Below are positions 10,177-20,520 of a stretch of DNA of 64,000 nt, one piece after another (the stretch's first letter is position 1; the number at the start of each line of letters is the position of its first letter). Under the pieces are notes generated by a model. The model was not told the DNA's origin and searched no databases. It was given only the letters and a program-made list of their open reading frames with translations. The stretch lies in the NCBI GenBank assembly GCA_040220235.1, contig JAVJTO010000135.1; one strand, 5' to 3'. This DNA is from Coleofasciculus sp. B1-GNL1-01. Lineage in GTDB: Bacteria > Cyanobacteriota > Cyanobacteriia > Cyanobacteriales > Coleofasciculaceae. The position numbers and the translations under genes are program-made.

Positions 10177-12063
10177 ATGGGACGTAAAATGAATCGAGGA
10201 AAGCAGCAAGTGCTATTCAACTACCTCCCTGGTAGAACTTTTGATTTTGAGGGTGGTACAATCGCCCGTGTGAAAAGTATTCGAGGTCTTCAGAACAATG
10301 ATTTGAATATTGAGATACTACTCCAGAGAATAGCCGCAGAAGCACGACCTTGGCCGCAGGAGTTTCGCCAAGCTTTAACAGATAGGATTTTAAGCGATCC
10401 AAGTCGATTTGTATTATTGGAGCCGAAGAACGTAGAAGCAGAGCTGTTCCCAAAAGTCTTTTGGTGTGACAACCGCAGTTGTGGACGAGTCTTTGACTAC
10501 AGTAACAGCGACGAATTACCGGGAGCAACTTGTCGGACTTGTCGGACAGGAAAGCTAGTTCAACTGCGCTTTGTGAAAATACACCGCTGCGGTGAGTTGA
10601 AAGAGTTATCTCCCCCGTTTTGCCAGCGATGCCATACATCCAACTACATGGCTCTAGATACTCGTCGTAGTGAACGAATTTCAAATTTTCGATGGATTTG
10701 CCGTCAATGTGGTACGAAACGGACACTCTTCTCTGGCTCTTGTAGAGCATGTCAGCAGTGGTCAGGGGAGAATAGGATGCAGAATATGAGTATTGAAGTC
10801 CATCGAGCTGGGCGTACTTTCTACGCTCACACTACTACCCTACTCAATATCCCGAATCGACAGTTGGAAGGATTTTTCAATCTTCAAGAGTGGTCTGCGA
10901 TCGCCGCCGCCAAATTTTTCGGTCTACCGGAAGTAGCTAACCGCTCTTTAAACGATTTCAATCAATCAACCTCTAGTCAAGAACCAGCATCAGATCCAGG
11001 ACTTTCTGGAGCAGATTTGGATGAGCTGATGCGGCGACAAGCTAGTGGTGAATTGACAGCAGAGCAGATGGTAGCGCAAATGGAAGCCTTGCGACAACAG
11101 CGACGACAAGAACAGCAGCAAAACTCACCTGTAGCTATTGCCCAGCAACTAGAGCAAAGAACAGGAGTATCCATAGCTACTTGGCAACAGGCGGGACAAG
11201 AAATGCTAGAGGCTTTAATGCCTTTAGAGATAGGAAATCCCCGTAACTTATTTGATCAGTCTTCCTCCGAATCGACGGTACAGCTTGCCCAACGCATGGG
11301 GCTATCGCAGTTAGCCCTAGTAACGGACTTTCCGATGATTGTAGCCACCTATGGCTATAGTCGCGTTGAGTCTGCACCAAGGAGAAATCCAGCAGATCCG
11401 ATTCAGTGTCAGCTTAATCCATTTCCACCACAGCGAGACTATGGCGGCAAGTTTCCTATCTACGTTGATCAGGTTCAAGCTGATGCCTTGCTCTTGAGCT
11501 TGAATCCAGAGCGTGTCCACGCTTGGCTTGAGCGCAACGGCTTTCAGCCACAAAACATTCCAAACGGAAGTGACTCTACTCTTGCCCGTCGTTCCTATTT
11601 CGTGCAGTTATTTGAAGATGCACCCCTGCGCCAAACCTTGGATGCTACTCGTCCCCAAGCACGGATGGTATTTGGTCTGTTGCATACTCTCAGCCATCTC
11701 TGTGTTCGACAAGCAGCATTGCTCTGTGGGCTTGACCAAACAAGCTTATCAGAGTACCTATTACCCCGTACACTAACATTCGCGATTTACTGTAACCACC
11801 GCTTTGGTGCGACAATTGGTGCTTTAACAGCTCTATTTGAGCAGTCTCTAACAGAGTGGTTAAACGCTGTGCGAGATGCACGTCGCTGTGTCTATGACCC
11901 AGTGTGCCGTGAACGAGAAGCTAGTTGCCATGCTTGCACCCACTTGGCTGAAACGAGTTGTCGTTTCTTTAATCTGAATCTGGGTCGTTCTTTTCTTTTT
12001 GGCGGTTATGATCCCAAATTTAGACAAAACATCACAGGCTATTTTGATCCCTCTTTGTCTTAA
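10177..12063 (+). CDS. drmB: DISARM DrmB-like protein (DUF1998)
   Basis: Several N-terminal CxxC pairs; LHTLSH, EYL, IGAL and C-terminal CVYDPVC...SCHAC..L.ETSC..FN..L.R motif typical of DUF1998. Confidence 0.85.
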   Translation: MGRKMNRGKQQVLFNYLPGRTFDFEGGTIARVKSIRGLQNNDLNIEILLQRIAAEARPWPQEFRQALTDRILSDPSRFVLLEPKNVEAELFPKVFWCDNRSCGRVFDYSNSDELPGATCRTCRTGKLVQLRFVKIHRCGELKELSPPFCQRCHTSNYMALDTRRSERISNFRWICRQCGTKRTLFSGSCRACQQWSGENRMQNMSIEVHRAGRTFYAHTTTLLNIPNRQLEGFFNLQEWSAIAAAKFFGLPEVANRSLNDFNQSTSSQEPASDPGLSGADLDELMRRQASGELTAEQMVAQMEALRQQRRQEQQQNSPVAIAQQLEQRTGVSIATWQQAGQEMLEALMPLEIGNPRNLFDQSSSESTVQLAQRMGLSQLALVTDFPMIVATYGYSRVESAPRRNPADPIQCQLNPFPPQRDYGGKFPIYVDQVQADALLLSLNPERVHAWLERNGFQPQNIPNGSDSTLARRSYFVQLFEDAPLRQTLDATRPQARMVFGLLHTLSHLCVRQAALLCGLDQTSLSEYLLPRTLTFAIYCNHRFGATIGALTALFEQSLTEWLNAVRDARRCVYDPVCREREASCHACTHLAETSCRFFNLNLGRSFLFGGYDPKFRQNITGYFDPSLS

Positions 12064-12071
12064 ACTACTCA

Positions 12072-12614
12072 ATGGCAAGTAATTTTGAGCCTCAAGTTCA
12101 ACTGGTCATCACTGCACCTGAACCTTACGGAGCTGCCTTAGCGTATCGGATGCGTTGCCGAATGACGCTGGGTGTACTGACGCAACTGCTGGCTCAGGCA
12201 AAAAAGTACGTAGTAATTGCAGCACCTTTCATGCAAGCGGGATATGGTTTATCAAGGGGAGCATTGGCGGACGCTCTAAGAGCTGCCCTCCAACGCGGTG
12301 TCAATATCGATGTTGTTAGCACTGGACGGAGCCTGCAAACTCTAGATATGGATTCACTGCGGAAAGATGTTCGGGGGAACTTGAGGTTATTCCAACCCAA
12401 GGCGAACATAACAGATGAGTATCGCCTTGGTTCCCATGCAAAATTTTGTATAGCTGACGGCGAAAGGGCTTATGTTGGCAGTGCCAATTTGACAGGTCCC
12501 GGATTGTCTGAACACCTTGAAATGGGATTGCTTGTACAAGGTGATGTAGCACAGCAAATTGATGAGTTTTGGAGGTATTCTGTTGAAATTGAGATGTTTG
12601 TGTCTGTATGGTGA
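12072..12614 (+). CDS. drmC: DISARM DrmC-like phospholipase D family nuclease
   Basis: Single HKD motif HAKFCIAD...YVGSANLT...E.G; 8 bp after the DUF1998 gene. Confidence 0.82.
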   Translation: MASNFEPQVQLVITAPEPYGAALAYRMRCRMTLGVLTQLLAQAKKYVVIAAPFMQAGYGLSRGALADALRAALQRGVNIDVVSTGRSLQTLDMDSLRKDVRGNLRLFQPKANITDEYRLGSHAKFCIADGERAYVGSANLTGPGLSEHLEMGLLVQGDVAQQIDEFWRYSVEIEMFVSVW

Positions 12615-12686
12615 GTAATTTAAGTATAGATATTTTTAATTTTGAGTTGGCTGGACTAAAATCAGATACAGCCTTTTTCCTACCAC

Positions 12687-13412
12687 TCAATCCATCAGTC
12701 TAGAACGAAACGCTTGAACTGCTGATTGAGTGCGATCATCCCCACGCAGTTTATCTAAAACATTTTGGACATAGTGTTGTACTTTTTCCGTTGACATATC
12801 TAACTGTTTAGCAATCAGGTTATTATCATACCCCTCAATAATTAACTGTAAAACCGTTAACTCCTGTTCCGTTAAAGGACAAGTAGCTATCAGTTGTTTG
12901 GAATCGCGAGGAGCCGCTTGAATGGGTTCTATATCTTGGGCGGCGGCTATCTCTGGTTGACTCTGAAGCAAGTTAGTATTTTTTAGAACAATTTTAGCAA
13001 TTCCTGGGTCAAGCCAAACATTGCCACGATGGGTTAGTTTAATCGCGTTTAATAGCTGCTCAAAGTTAATTGTCTTCATGCAATAGGAATTCGCCCCGGC
13101 TGCTAAAGCTGCCATGACTGCTTCTTCGTTTTCCTGTAAAGTTAAGATTAAAATTTTTGTCGAACAATCGGGATGATTCGCTTTAATAGTTTGAAAGCGT
13201 CGAGTTAACTCGATGCCATCCATGTCAGGAAGTCCAATGTCAACAATTCCAATATCGGGTTGAACCCGTTCCAGTAAGCTTAACCCATCAGCACCATTGG
13301 CAGCTTCACCTACCCATTCAATTTCATGACTCTCTTGTAAAGCGGTTCGGAAGCCTATACGAGTGAGTTCATGGTCTTCAATTAAAACGACTCTAATTTT
13401 ATTCATTATCAA
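12687..13412 (-). CDS. NarL/FixJ-family two-component response regulator
   Basis: Receiver domain (IEDH...VDIGLPDMDG...K) plus LuxR-type HTH (LTEQELTVLQLI). Confidence 0.9.
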   Translation of the reverse strand: MIMNKIRVVLIEDHELTRIGFRTALQESHEIEWVGEAANGADGLSLLERVQPDIGIVDIGLPDMDGIELTRRFQTIKANHPDCSTKILILTLQENEEAVMAALAAGANSYCMKTINFEQLLNAIKLTHRGNVWLDPGIAKIVLKNTNLLQSQPEIAAAQDIEPIQAAPRDSKQLIATCPLTEQELTVLQLIIEGYDNNLIAKQLDMSTEKVQHYVQNVLDKLRGDDRTQSAVQAFRSRLMD

Positions 13413-13679
13413 TCAGAATTTATGTCCAGGTACTTATCTGAGGATGAATGGTGCTGACTGAGGGCTGGTGGGTTTCGACTTCGCTCAACCCACCCTACGG
13501 TATGTCGAGGGTTTTGGTGTCTAAAGGGAAATCAGGCATTGCCATGCATCTTAGCGTACCCTGGAAGTCAAAGCGCGATCGCACTCCCGTAACTGCTACC
13601 CTTAGGCTAGGCGTCTCTAGACTTTCAGAATCTTGTACCCTGAAGGGTAGAACAGTTATCTATCAACACAGGAACCGCT

Positions 13680-14078
13680 ATGCAAAAGTACCTCCCTTTA
13701 GTTGCTCGGATTTTTCTCTCCGTTATTTTTATCAAGTCGGGGATTAGTAAAATTTTCGGTTTCGCTGGCACTCAAGAGTATATGGCTGCTAGCGGAATTC
13801 CTTTGGCGGGTATCGTTCTCGTTCCGACTATCCTTGTATTAGTGGGTGGTGGACTCTCGGTTTTATTCGGTTACAAAGCCCGTTTGGGAGCCTTATTATT
13901 GATTGGCTTTTTAATTCCCGCTACCTTGATTTTTCACACCCAGTTTCCTGAAGAAGAAAATGCCTTTTTCAAGAACTTAGGCTTAATGGGCGGATTGTTG
14001 ATGGTTGTTGCATTTGGTGCAGGTGAAATTAGTTTGGATGAACGCAGCGAATCCTCTTCTATGCAGTCGGCGAAATAA
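13680..14078 (+). CDS. DoxX family membrane protein
   Basis: LVARIFLSVIFI..G..KI, FHT, FFKNLGLMGGLL motifs; about four TM helices. Confidence 0.9.
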   Translation: MQKYLPLVARIFLSVIFIKSGISKIFGFAGTQEYMAASGIPLAGIVLVPTILVLVGGGLSVLFGYKARLGALLLIGFLIPATLIFHTQFPEEENAFFKNLGLMGGLLMVVAFGAGEISLDERSESSSMQSAK

Positions 14079-14495
14079 GTAGGTGGGAACAATTAAAGTT
14101 AACGGTGGAGATCGTCATTCGTCCTTCGTCATTCGTCCTTTGTAAGGGTTTGATGTTTTTTAACATAACTTCATAAGGTTGAGTTTATTTCCACCAACCT
14201 ACTTAGTTTGGTCATTTGATTAGCATAAACTGAGGAATAGAAAGGAGGTGCAAGCTGTTCAGCATTTCAATCTTAATAAAATAATGGCGAATTTCTTGTA
14301 ATGCGTTTAGCGAAGCCATGCCGCAGGCTTTGCATCTTGCTCGCTACTCATACCAAATTTATCGCTACTCAGACCAAATTTAAATGTATGACAGATTATT
14401 GGTAATTAACTGATGAGAAAAAATCCGCGATCGCACTTCAATATCCGTTACTATGTATGGAGGAAATACCTCCGAATTTTCAGGAGAAGACAATT

Positions 14496-14939
14496 ATGCC
14501 AATCCAAAGCCAAAACACAATGGGAAAAGTTTTCACCCAATTGACAATTATTAACCGAGCTGACCAAATTCGGGCAGAAGATGGAACAATTTCACCTGAA
14601 CAAATTCGGTCACTCACGCTGGAAAATGTATTGGTAGACACAGGAGCTACGACTTTGTGTTTGCCATCTGATGCAATTGCTTCACTGGGACTAAAAATCC
14701 TCAAAGAAGTTGATGTCGCGACAGCCATGGGTATTGGCAAAGCCCGAATTTTTCGAGATGCTACCCTATCTATCTTTGGTAGAGAAGGAACCTTTGAGTG
14801 TTTGGAATTACCTGGTGGTGCAGACGCGCTTTTGGGCGTGATACCGTTGGAAGCATTGGGGTTAGACATAGATGTGCAAAATCAAACCTTGAAGCCGTTA
14901 CCCATCAGTCCAACAGATACCTATTTGACGATTTTGTAG
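14496..14939 (+). CDS. Clan AA (retropepsin-like) aspartyl protease
   Basis: LVDTGATTL and LLGVIPLEALGL motifs; AGGAG before ATG 14496. Confidence 0.85.
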   Translation: MPIQSQNTMGKVFTQLTIINRADQIRAEDGTISPEQIRSLTLENVLVDTGATTLCLPSDAIASLGLKILKEVDVATAMGIGKARIFRDATLSIFGREGTFECLELPGGADALLGVIPLEALGLDIDVQNQTLKPLPISPTDTYLTIL

Positions 14940-15071
14940 GAATCTATAATTAATGGAAGAAGCTGGAAAACATCAGTTGGGTTTCGACTTCGCTCAACCT
15001 AACCTACTTAAGGATTCTAAAACCTTGACCAATGACCAATGACAAATGACCAATGACAAACCTTTATACCC

Positions 15072-16898
15072 TTGAGCTACTGTATTAATCCAAACTGCCC
15101 CAACCCTGAAAACTCAACCACTCAAAACGTCTGCCAAACCTGTGGCGCACAACTTATCCTCGCAGAACGATATCGTCCGCTGCGACTTCTGGGTGCTGGG
15201 GGATTAGGGAGAACACTTTTAGCCGAGGATAAATCTCAACCCTCAACGCCTTACTGTGCCATCAAACAATTTTATCCCCAAGGACAAAACAGTTCCCCGA
15301 AAGCTGCCCAATTATTTCATCAAGAAGCGGAACGCTTACAAGAATTAGGCAATCATCCCCAAATCCCTGCATTCTTAGCCTATTTTGAGCAGGATAATTG
15401 TCAATACATTGTCCAGGAATTTATTGATGGAGAGAATCTAAATCAAGAGTTAGCTGAACTCGGTGCTTTTTCTGAAAAGCAGATTTGCTCTCTGCTGACT
15501 GACTTACTCCCCGTACTAAACTTTATTCATCAAGGCAATGTTATTCATCGAGATATTAAACCCGAAAATATTATCCGGCGGCGTCGCGACAATAAATTAG
15601 TTCTTGTCGATTTCGGGGCGGCAAAATATGCCACCTGGACAATATTAGCCAAAACCGGAACAACCATTGGTTCTGCTGGATATGCTGCACCGGAACAAAC
15701 CTTTGGTAAAGCGGTCTTCGCTAGCGATATCTATAGTTTGGGCGTTACTTGCATTCACTTGTTAACTCAGATGCAGCCCTTTGATTTATATGAACCGCTC
15801 GAAAGTGGGTTTATCTGGCGACAGTATTTGGTCAATAATCCCGTCAGTCAGAACTTGGCTGAACTTCTGGACAAAATGATTGATCCAGTGATGAAACAGC
15901 GATATCAATCGGTTGAGCAAGTTCTCCAAGATTTCCAAAATTTGGGAACAAATCATGTCACGATTAAACCAAGTATTCCATCACAACCCCTAAAGGTTAA
16001 TGCATCACTGGTTAATACAATTTTGGGTCATACTGGCAAAGTCTCCACGATAACCTTCAGCCCCGATAAAAAAAGTCTGGCGAGTGGTAGTGTTGATAAA
16101 ACGATTAAACTGTGGCAAGTGAGTATGGCATGGGAAATTCGTACATTTGGGGGATGGTTTTCGGGGAAGCATCGTCAAGAAATAACCTGTCTAGCATTTA
16201 GCCCCGATGGAAAATATCTAGTCAGTGGAAGTCGGGATGAAACCCTAAGATTATGGCAGGTACAAACTGGAAAACAACAGGTTAGTCTCAAAAGTCATAA
16301 CGGTGGCGTGGATTCAGTCGCCTTTAACCCCAAGAAACGTCTGTTGGCGAGTTGCGGTAGAGATAACAAAATTCGGATTTGCCAGAGTCAAACGTTGAAA
16401 ACGATACAGGTTTTATCAAGTCATTCCAGTGGATTTAATTGTGTCGCCTTTAGTCCCGATGGACAAATCTTGGCGAGTGGGAGTGGGTATCGAACCATTA
16501 AGCTGTGGTACGTTCCCCACTGGCAAAGGTTGGGAACTCTAGCCGGACATATCAATTCCGTTGATGCGATCGCGTTTAGTCCTGATAGTATGATTCTAGC
16601 TAGTGGCAGTTCAGACGCGACGATTCGGTTATGGGATATTCGCACTCTGACTCAAACCGCCCTAATTCAAGGGAATTTTCCCCAAGTGGGTTCCCTCGCC
16701 TTTAGTCCCGATGGGCGTCTCCTCGCCAGTTGCGGTGGTGATAACAGGATTAGGATTTGGGATGTTGCAACTGGACAAGACTGTTGTACTCTCGAAGGAC
16801 ATACGGACATCGTTCAAGTTGTGGCATTTAGCCCCGATGGACAAACTTTGGCGAGTGGTAGTTTGGATAAAACGATTAAAATTTGGCGTGTTTGGTAA
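15072..16898 (+). CDS. Ser/Thr protein kinase with C-terminal WD40 repeats
   Basis: N-terminal Cys-rich YCINPNC; HRDIKPEN, DFG, APE; about seven WD40 repeats (GH...AFSPDG...WD). Confidence 0.95.
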   Translation: MSYCINPNCPNPENSTTQNVCQTCGAQLILAERYRPLRLLGAGGLGRTLLAEDKSQPSTPYCAIKQFYPQGQNSSPKAAQLFHQEAERLQELGNHPQIPAFLAYFEQDNCQYIVQEFIDGENLNQELAELGAFSEKQICSLLTDLLPVLNFIHQGNVIHRDIKPENIIRRRRDNKLVLVDFGAAKYATWTILAKTGTTIGSAGYAAPEQTFGKAVFASDIYSLGVTCIHLLTQMQPFDLYEPLESGFIWRQYLVNNPVSQNLAELLDKMIDPVMKQRYQSVEQVLQDFQNLGTNHVTIKPSIPSQPLKVNASLVNTILGHTGKVSTITFSPDKKSLASGSVDKTIKLWQVSMAWEIRTFGGWFSGKHRQEITCLAFSPDGKYLVSGSRDETLRLWQVQTGKQQVSLKSHNGGVDSVAFNPKKRLLASCGRDNKIRICQSQTLKTIQVLSSHSSGFNCVAFSPDGQILASGSGYRTIKLWYVPHWQRLGTLAGHINSVDAIAFSPDSMILASGSSDATIRLWDIRTLTQTALIQGNFPQVGSLAFSPDGRLLASCGGDNRIRIWDVATGQDCCTLEGHTDIVQVVAFSPDGQTLASGSLDKTIKIWRVW

Positions 16899-17108
16899 GA
16901 ATTGTCATTTGTCATTCGTCATACTCGCTTTCGCGAGAAGCAAGCTACGTCATTCGTCATTTAGTCGGGGCGGGTGTAGGGTGCGTTAGCAAAGCGTAAC
17001 GCACCATTTCAAACGATAGTCGTGAAACCCGCCCCTACATAAGAAATGGGGTTTGGAGACCAAACCCCTACAACTCCCATCTCCCTCATCTACCTGTTCC
17101 CTTATAAT

Positions 17109-18215
17109 ATGACTCAACCCATCAATCTTTTCGAGTACGAATCATTAGCCCATCAGAAGTTATCTCGCATGGCGCTGGATTATTACGCCAGTGGCGCTTG
17201 GGATGAAGTAACGTTACGCGATAATCGGGCGGCGTTTGAGAAATTCAAACTATGTCCCCGGATGTTAGTTGATGTCAGTCAGCGAGATTTAAGTACAACG
17301 GTTTTAGGGCAATCTCTCTCCCTACCGATTCTAATTGCGCCGACGGCGTTTCAATGTTTAGCACATCCAGAGGGGGAAATCGTGACAGCAAAGGTAGCGG
17401 CTAACGTGGGTTCTGCAATGGTATTGAGTACCATGTCCACTCAACCCTTAGAAGAGGTGGCATTGACATCCAAACAGGTGCAGTCAGACTCTCAGACGGA
17501 TAGTCATTCTCCATTATGGTTTCAACTCTACGTCCATCGCGATCGCGCTTTGACTCAAAACTTAGTTGAACGGGCGGAAGCCGCCGGGTATAGCGCCATT
17601 TGTCTGACTGTAGATGCGCCTGTTTTAGGATGTCGAGAAAAGGATAAACGCAATCAGTTTACCTTACCCCTGGGGATGCAATTGGCGAATTTAGTCCATC
17701 GCGATATTCCGGAAATTGTCGGCGAATCGGGGTTATTTGCCTATTTTGTCCAACAGCTTGACCCCGGCTTGACATGGCAGGATTTGGAATGGTTGCAGTC
17801 CTTGACAAAATTACCCGTTATTGTTAAAGGAATTCTACGCGGTGATGATGCACTGCGGGCAGTAGAACATGGGGCAAAGGCGGTGATTGTCTCCAATCAT
17901 GGCGGTAGACAATTAGATAGTGCGATCGCGTCAATTGATGCGCTTCCTGATATTGTCGCGGCTGTCGGCGATAAGGTTGATATCCTCATGGATGGAGGGA
18001 TTCGCCGTGGCACAGACGTACTCAAAGCCTTAGCATTGGGGGCGAAAGCGGTACTGGTGGGGCGTCCAGTGTTGTGGGGATTAGCGGTGGCGGGAGAAGC
18101 TGGCGTGCAGCATGTCTTGGAATTGTTGCGGGATGAGTTGGATGTAGCAATGGCGTTGAGTGGTTGCGCCAAGGTACAGGATATTGATCAGAGTTTACTC
18201 ACGCAATCCTTGTAG
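17109..18215 (+). CDS. FMN-dependent alpha-hydroxy acid oxidase (lactate/glycolate oxidase family)
   Basis: APTAFQ, WFQLY, LTVD, SNHGGRQLD, DGGIRRGTDVLKALALGA; the longer ORF start lies in a repeat, so ATG 17109 is preferred. Confidence 0.92.
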   Translation: MTQPINLFEYESLAHQKLSRMALDYYASGAWDEVTLRDNRAAFEKFKLCPRMLVDVSQRDLSTTVLGQSLSLPILIAPTAFQCLAHPEGEIVTAKVAANVGSAMVLSTMSTQPLEEVALTSKQVQSDSQTDSHSPLWFQLYVHRDRALTQNLVERAEAAGYSAICLTVDAPVLGCREKDKRNQFTLPLGMQLANLVHRDIPEIVGESGLFAYFVQQLDPGLTWQDLEWLQSLTKLPVIVKGILRGDDALRAVEHGAKAVIVSNHGGRQLDSAIASIDALPDIVAAVGDKVDILMDGGIRRGTDVLKALALGAKAVLVGRPVLWGLAVAGEAGVQHVLELLRDELDVAMALSGCAKVQDIDQSLLTQSL

Positions 18216-18237
18216 TGTGAGCATCTTGCTCACTACC

Positions 18238-18457
18238 TAGGGCTTGCTGCCTAAGTGTGTAAGGTAGACTAGATAGGGGTTTCAAGCCATTTTTTGACCC
18301 AACAAGTGCTTTCGTTTTTACACTACCACTCTCTTGCATCCTGGAATTTTTGCCGACCTCAGCGCCGAATTTTCCCTCGACAGAGGGTTAAAACTATTGC
18401 AAGAAAGCCCATTGCCTATTGCCTCTCCCCACCACAAGACTTATTCAGCAGACCCTA
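18238..18457. mobile_element. MITE-like element with terminal inverted repeats
   Basis: Left TAGGGCTTGCTGCCTAAGT versus right ACTTATTCAGCAGACCCTA (imperfect IR); similar ends at 32979-33182 and about 50920-50940. Confidence 0.55.
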
Positions 18458-18553
18458 CCTATACCCAATTTAAATGCATGACCAGACAAACTTATTCCCC
18501 TTCCCTGGTAGGGAAGGGGTTGAAGGTTAGGTTGGTAAGACTATTGAGCCGAC

Positions 18554-19309
18554 TTATCGAACTGTGTTACGCTTATCAACAATAACAACGTCTGGATCTT
18601 TATCGCCTTCTAGATCATGAGCTTCAACAACTTCTCGATCATGTGTCCTTGGCTGCTTAGCCGTTGACACAGGCTTTTGTTCTACATGCGTTTCTACATG
18701 TTCTTCTTTCAGGTGAACGTTTTCTTCATGCTCATGTTCAACCTGTTCAGGTGCCTCAAAGATTTCTAATTCTTCTGCATGGCGATCGCGCATAATTGAG
18801 GCAGCATGTTCTACTTTCTCTTCACTGCCGCTAACCATCAACAAATAGTCGCCAGCTTTGACGCGCTCATTGTACACCTTGGCTTTTTCTTCCGGAATAC
18901 CCAGACCAATCAAAGCGCCAACAATACCGCCTGTTGCTGCACCAACTCCGGCTCCGGCTAAGGTTGATCCTAACGCCCCTATCTCGGCTCCGGCGGCGAG
19001 GATTGGACCAACACCAGGAATCGCCAGTACACCGACACCAATCAAGAAACCACCGACACCACCAAGAAGAGTACCCGTAGTCGCACCTATACCAGCTCCT
19101 TCTTTGGATTCATTCCCTTGTCTTTCGGTAATTTCCTTGGCGCCTTCCACATCTTCGATATTCCGCGCTAGGAGAGAGACTCTCTCCATATCAAAATTCG
19201 CATCTTTGAGCGCCTGGATCGTATCTTGCAGATCTCCGCGCTTGGGAAAAATACCAACAACACGTTTGTAGTCACGGGTTTCGGGTACAAATTTTTCTTT
19301 TTCTAACAT
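18554..19309 (-). CDS. General stress protein-like membrane protein (glycine zipper)
   Basis: Gly/Ala-rich hydrophobic core GAGIGATTG...AIPGVGPILAAG...GLGIPEEKAKVY. Confidence 0.8.
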   Translation of the reverse strand: MLEKEKFVPETRDYKRVVGIFPKRGDLQDTIQALKDANFDMERVSLLARNIEDVEGAKEITERQGNESKEGAGIGATTGTLLGGVGGFLIGVGVLAIPGVGPILAAGAEIGALGSTLAGAGVGAATGGIVGALIGLGIPEEKAKVYNERVKAGDYLLMVSGSEEKVEHAASIMRDRHAEELEIFEAPEQVEHEHEENVHLKEEHVETHVEQKPVSTAKQPRTHDREVVEAHDLEGDKDPDVVIVDKRNTVR

Positions 19310-19441
19310 TACTGTTTCCTTTGAATAAATTAAACAACTTTAGGCTTGACTTAGCCCTTTTTTTGTTTTGACTAAAGCTTTCTGAATTAAAGACAGAAGC
19401 CAAACAACTCATGTCACCATTCATCTTTCCAGACGAAAGTC

Positions 19442-20269
19442 TTATTTGTTATCCACAGCAGAAGGAAAAATATCTTCGGCTACGATAACGGGTCTGTCTG
19501 TATATCTAGACCCAAACTCTTTAATCTTTTCCGCGTCCCAACCGAGGTCAGAATCCTGCAACAGCTTCGGGTCAAACTGACGCGCTACACCCGTCACGGT
19601 GACTCTTTCGCCGTCTTGAACAACGCTATCCTCCGCTTTAAGATTGCGATTGACACCAATCACTAAAACGCCGATATCATCTATCCAACCATCTTCAAAT
19701 AGAGAGATTGAACTGGGAGAGTAAATATCTCTAACATCACCCTCGACAGCAATAACTTTGTCGAAATAACCTGTGGGTGCTTCCGCTAAGTCTTGAGGAG
19801 TCGGTGCAAGGGCGAGGGATTCAGCGATAATAACAGGTTGATCTTCATACTCGACATATTCGTCACCTAACTCTACACCGTATTCGGTTTCGATATCGGC
19901 AATTACTAATTGCGCGACTTCACCCGTTACTTGAATCGGCATCTCTTGCTCCTCTGGAAGCTCGAAGGGAGCTTCTGTAAGATCTAGAATCAGAATAGGT
20001 TCGCTGCCAAACTCCTCCGCCTGTACGAGATAGCCAAAGTCACCCACTTTTTGTTCGACGATGTTTCTAATCGTAACCTCTTTTCCGATAATGTCTTCGG
20101 TATTTTCAGCAACGTCCTCAGTGGTAACGTTGGTTTTTCCCTCCTGAATTTCCTCATTATCAGTAGTGCAGCCAGGAAGCAGCAAAGCAGTTAGAGCGAA
20201 TGCGATCGCGCCTAAGTAAGTCCCTGTTCGTTTAGTCCATAAGGGGACGGAGTCTCCTTGATTTAACAT
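19442..20269 (-). CDS. Hypothetical acidic lipoprotein with duplicated domain
   Basis: Lipobox-like LLPGC; internal repeat (V.VTG.V...PVI.A) occurs twice. Confidence 0.75.
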   Translation of the reverse strand: MLNQGDSVPLWTKRTGTYLGAIAFALTALLLPGCTTDNEEIQEGKTNVTTEDVAENTEDIIGKEVTIRNIVEQKVGDFGYLVQAEEFGSEPILILDLTEAPFELPEEQEMPIQVTGEVAQLVIADIETEYGVELGDEYVEYEDQPVIIAESLALAPTPQDLAEAPTGYFDKVIAVEGDVRDIYSPSSISLFEDGWIDDIGVLVIGVNRNLKAEDSVVQDGERVTVTGVARQFDPKLLQDSDLGWDAEKIKEFGSRYTDRPVIVAEDIFPSAVDNK

Positions 20270-20520
20270 CTATTATTCCTATTTCTAGAACGAAAATTGC
20301 TGCTTATCATCGCAGCAAACCCAACCCTCTAACTCGTTGACAGTTAGATGGGGGTGGTGTAAAACGTTAGTTTTAGCGTTTTACCTAATGCACTAATCTA
20401 GATTCGCTCTAAAAAATCCTTTTTGTATCTATCAGGAGAGTGACTTTTTCCCTCTGACTAATTGCAGAGTATTCCGGAAGCTTGAGCGGTTATGCCTTTT
20501 CAGTATAGGCACAGGGGAGA

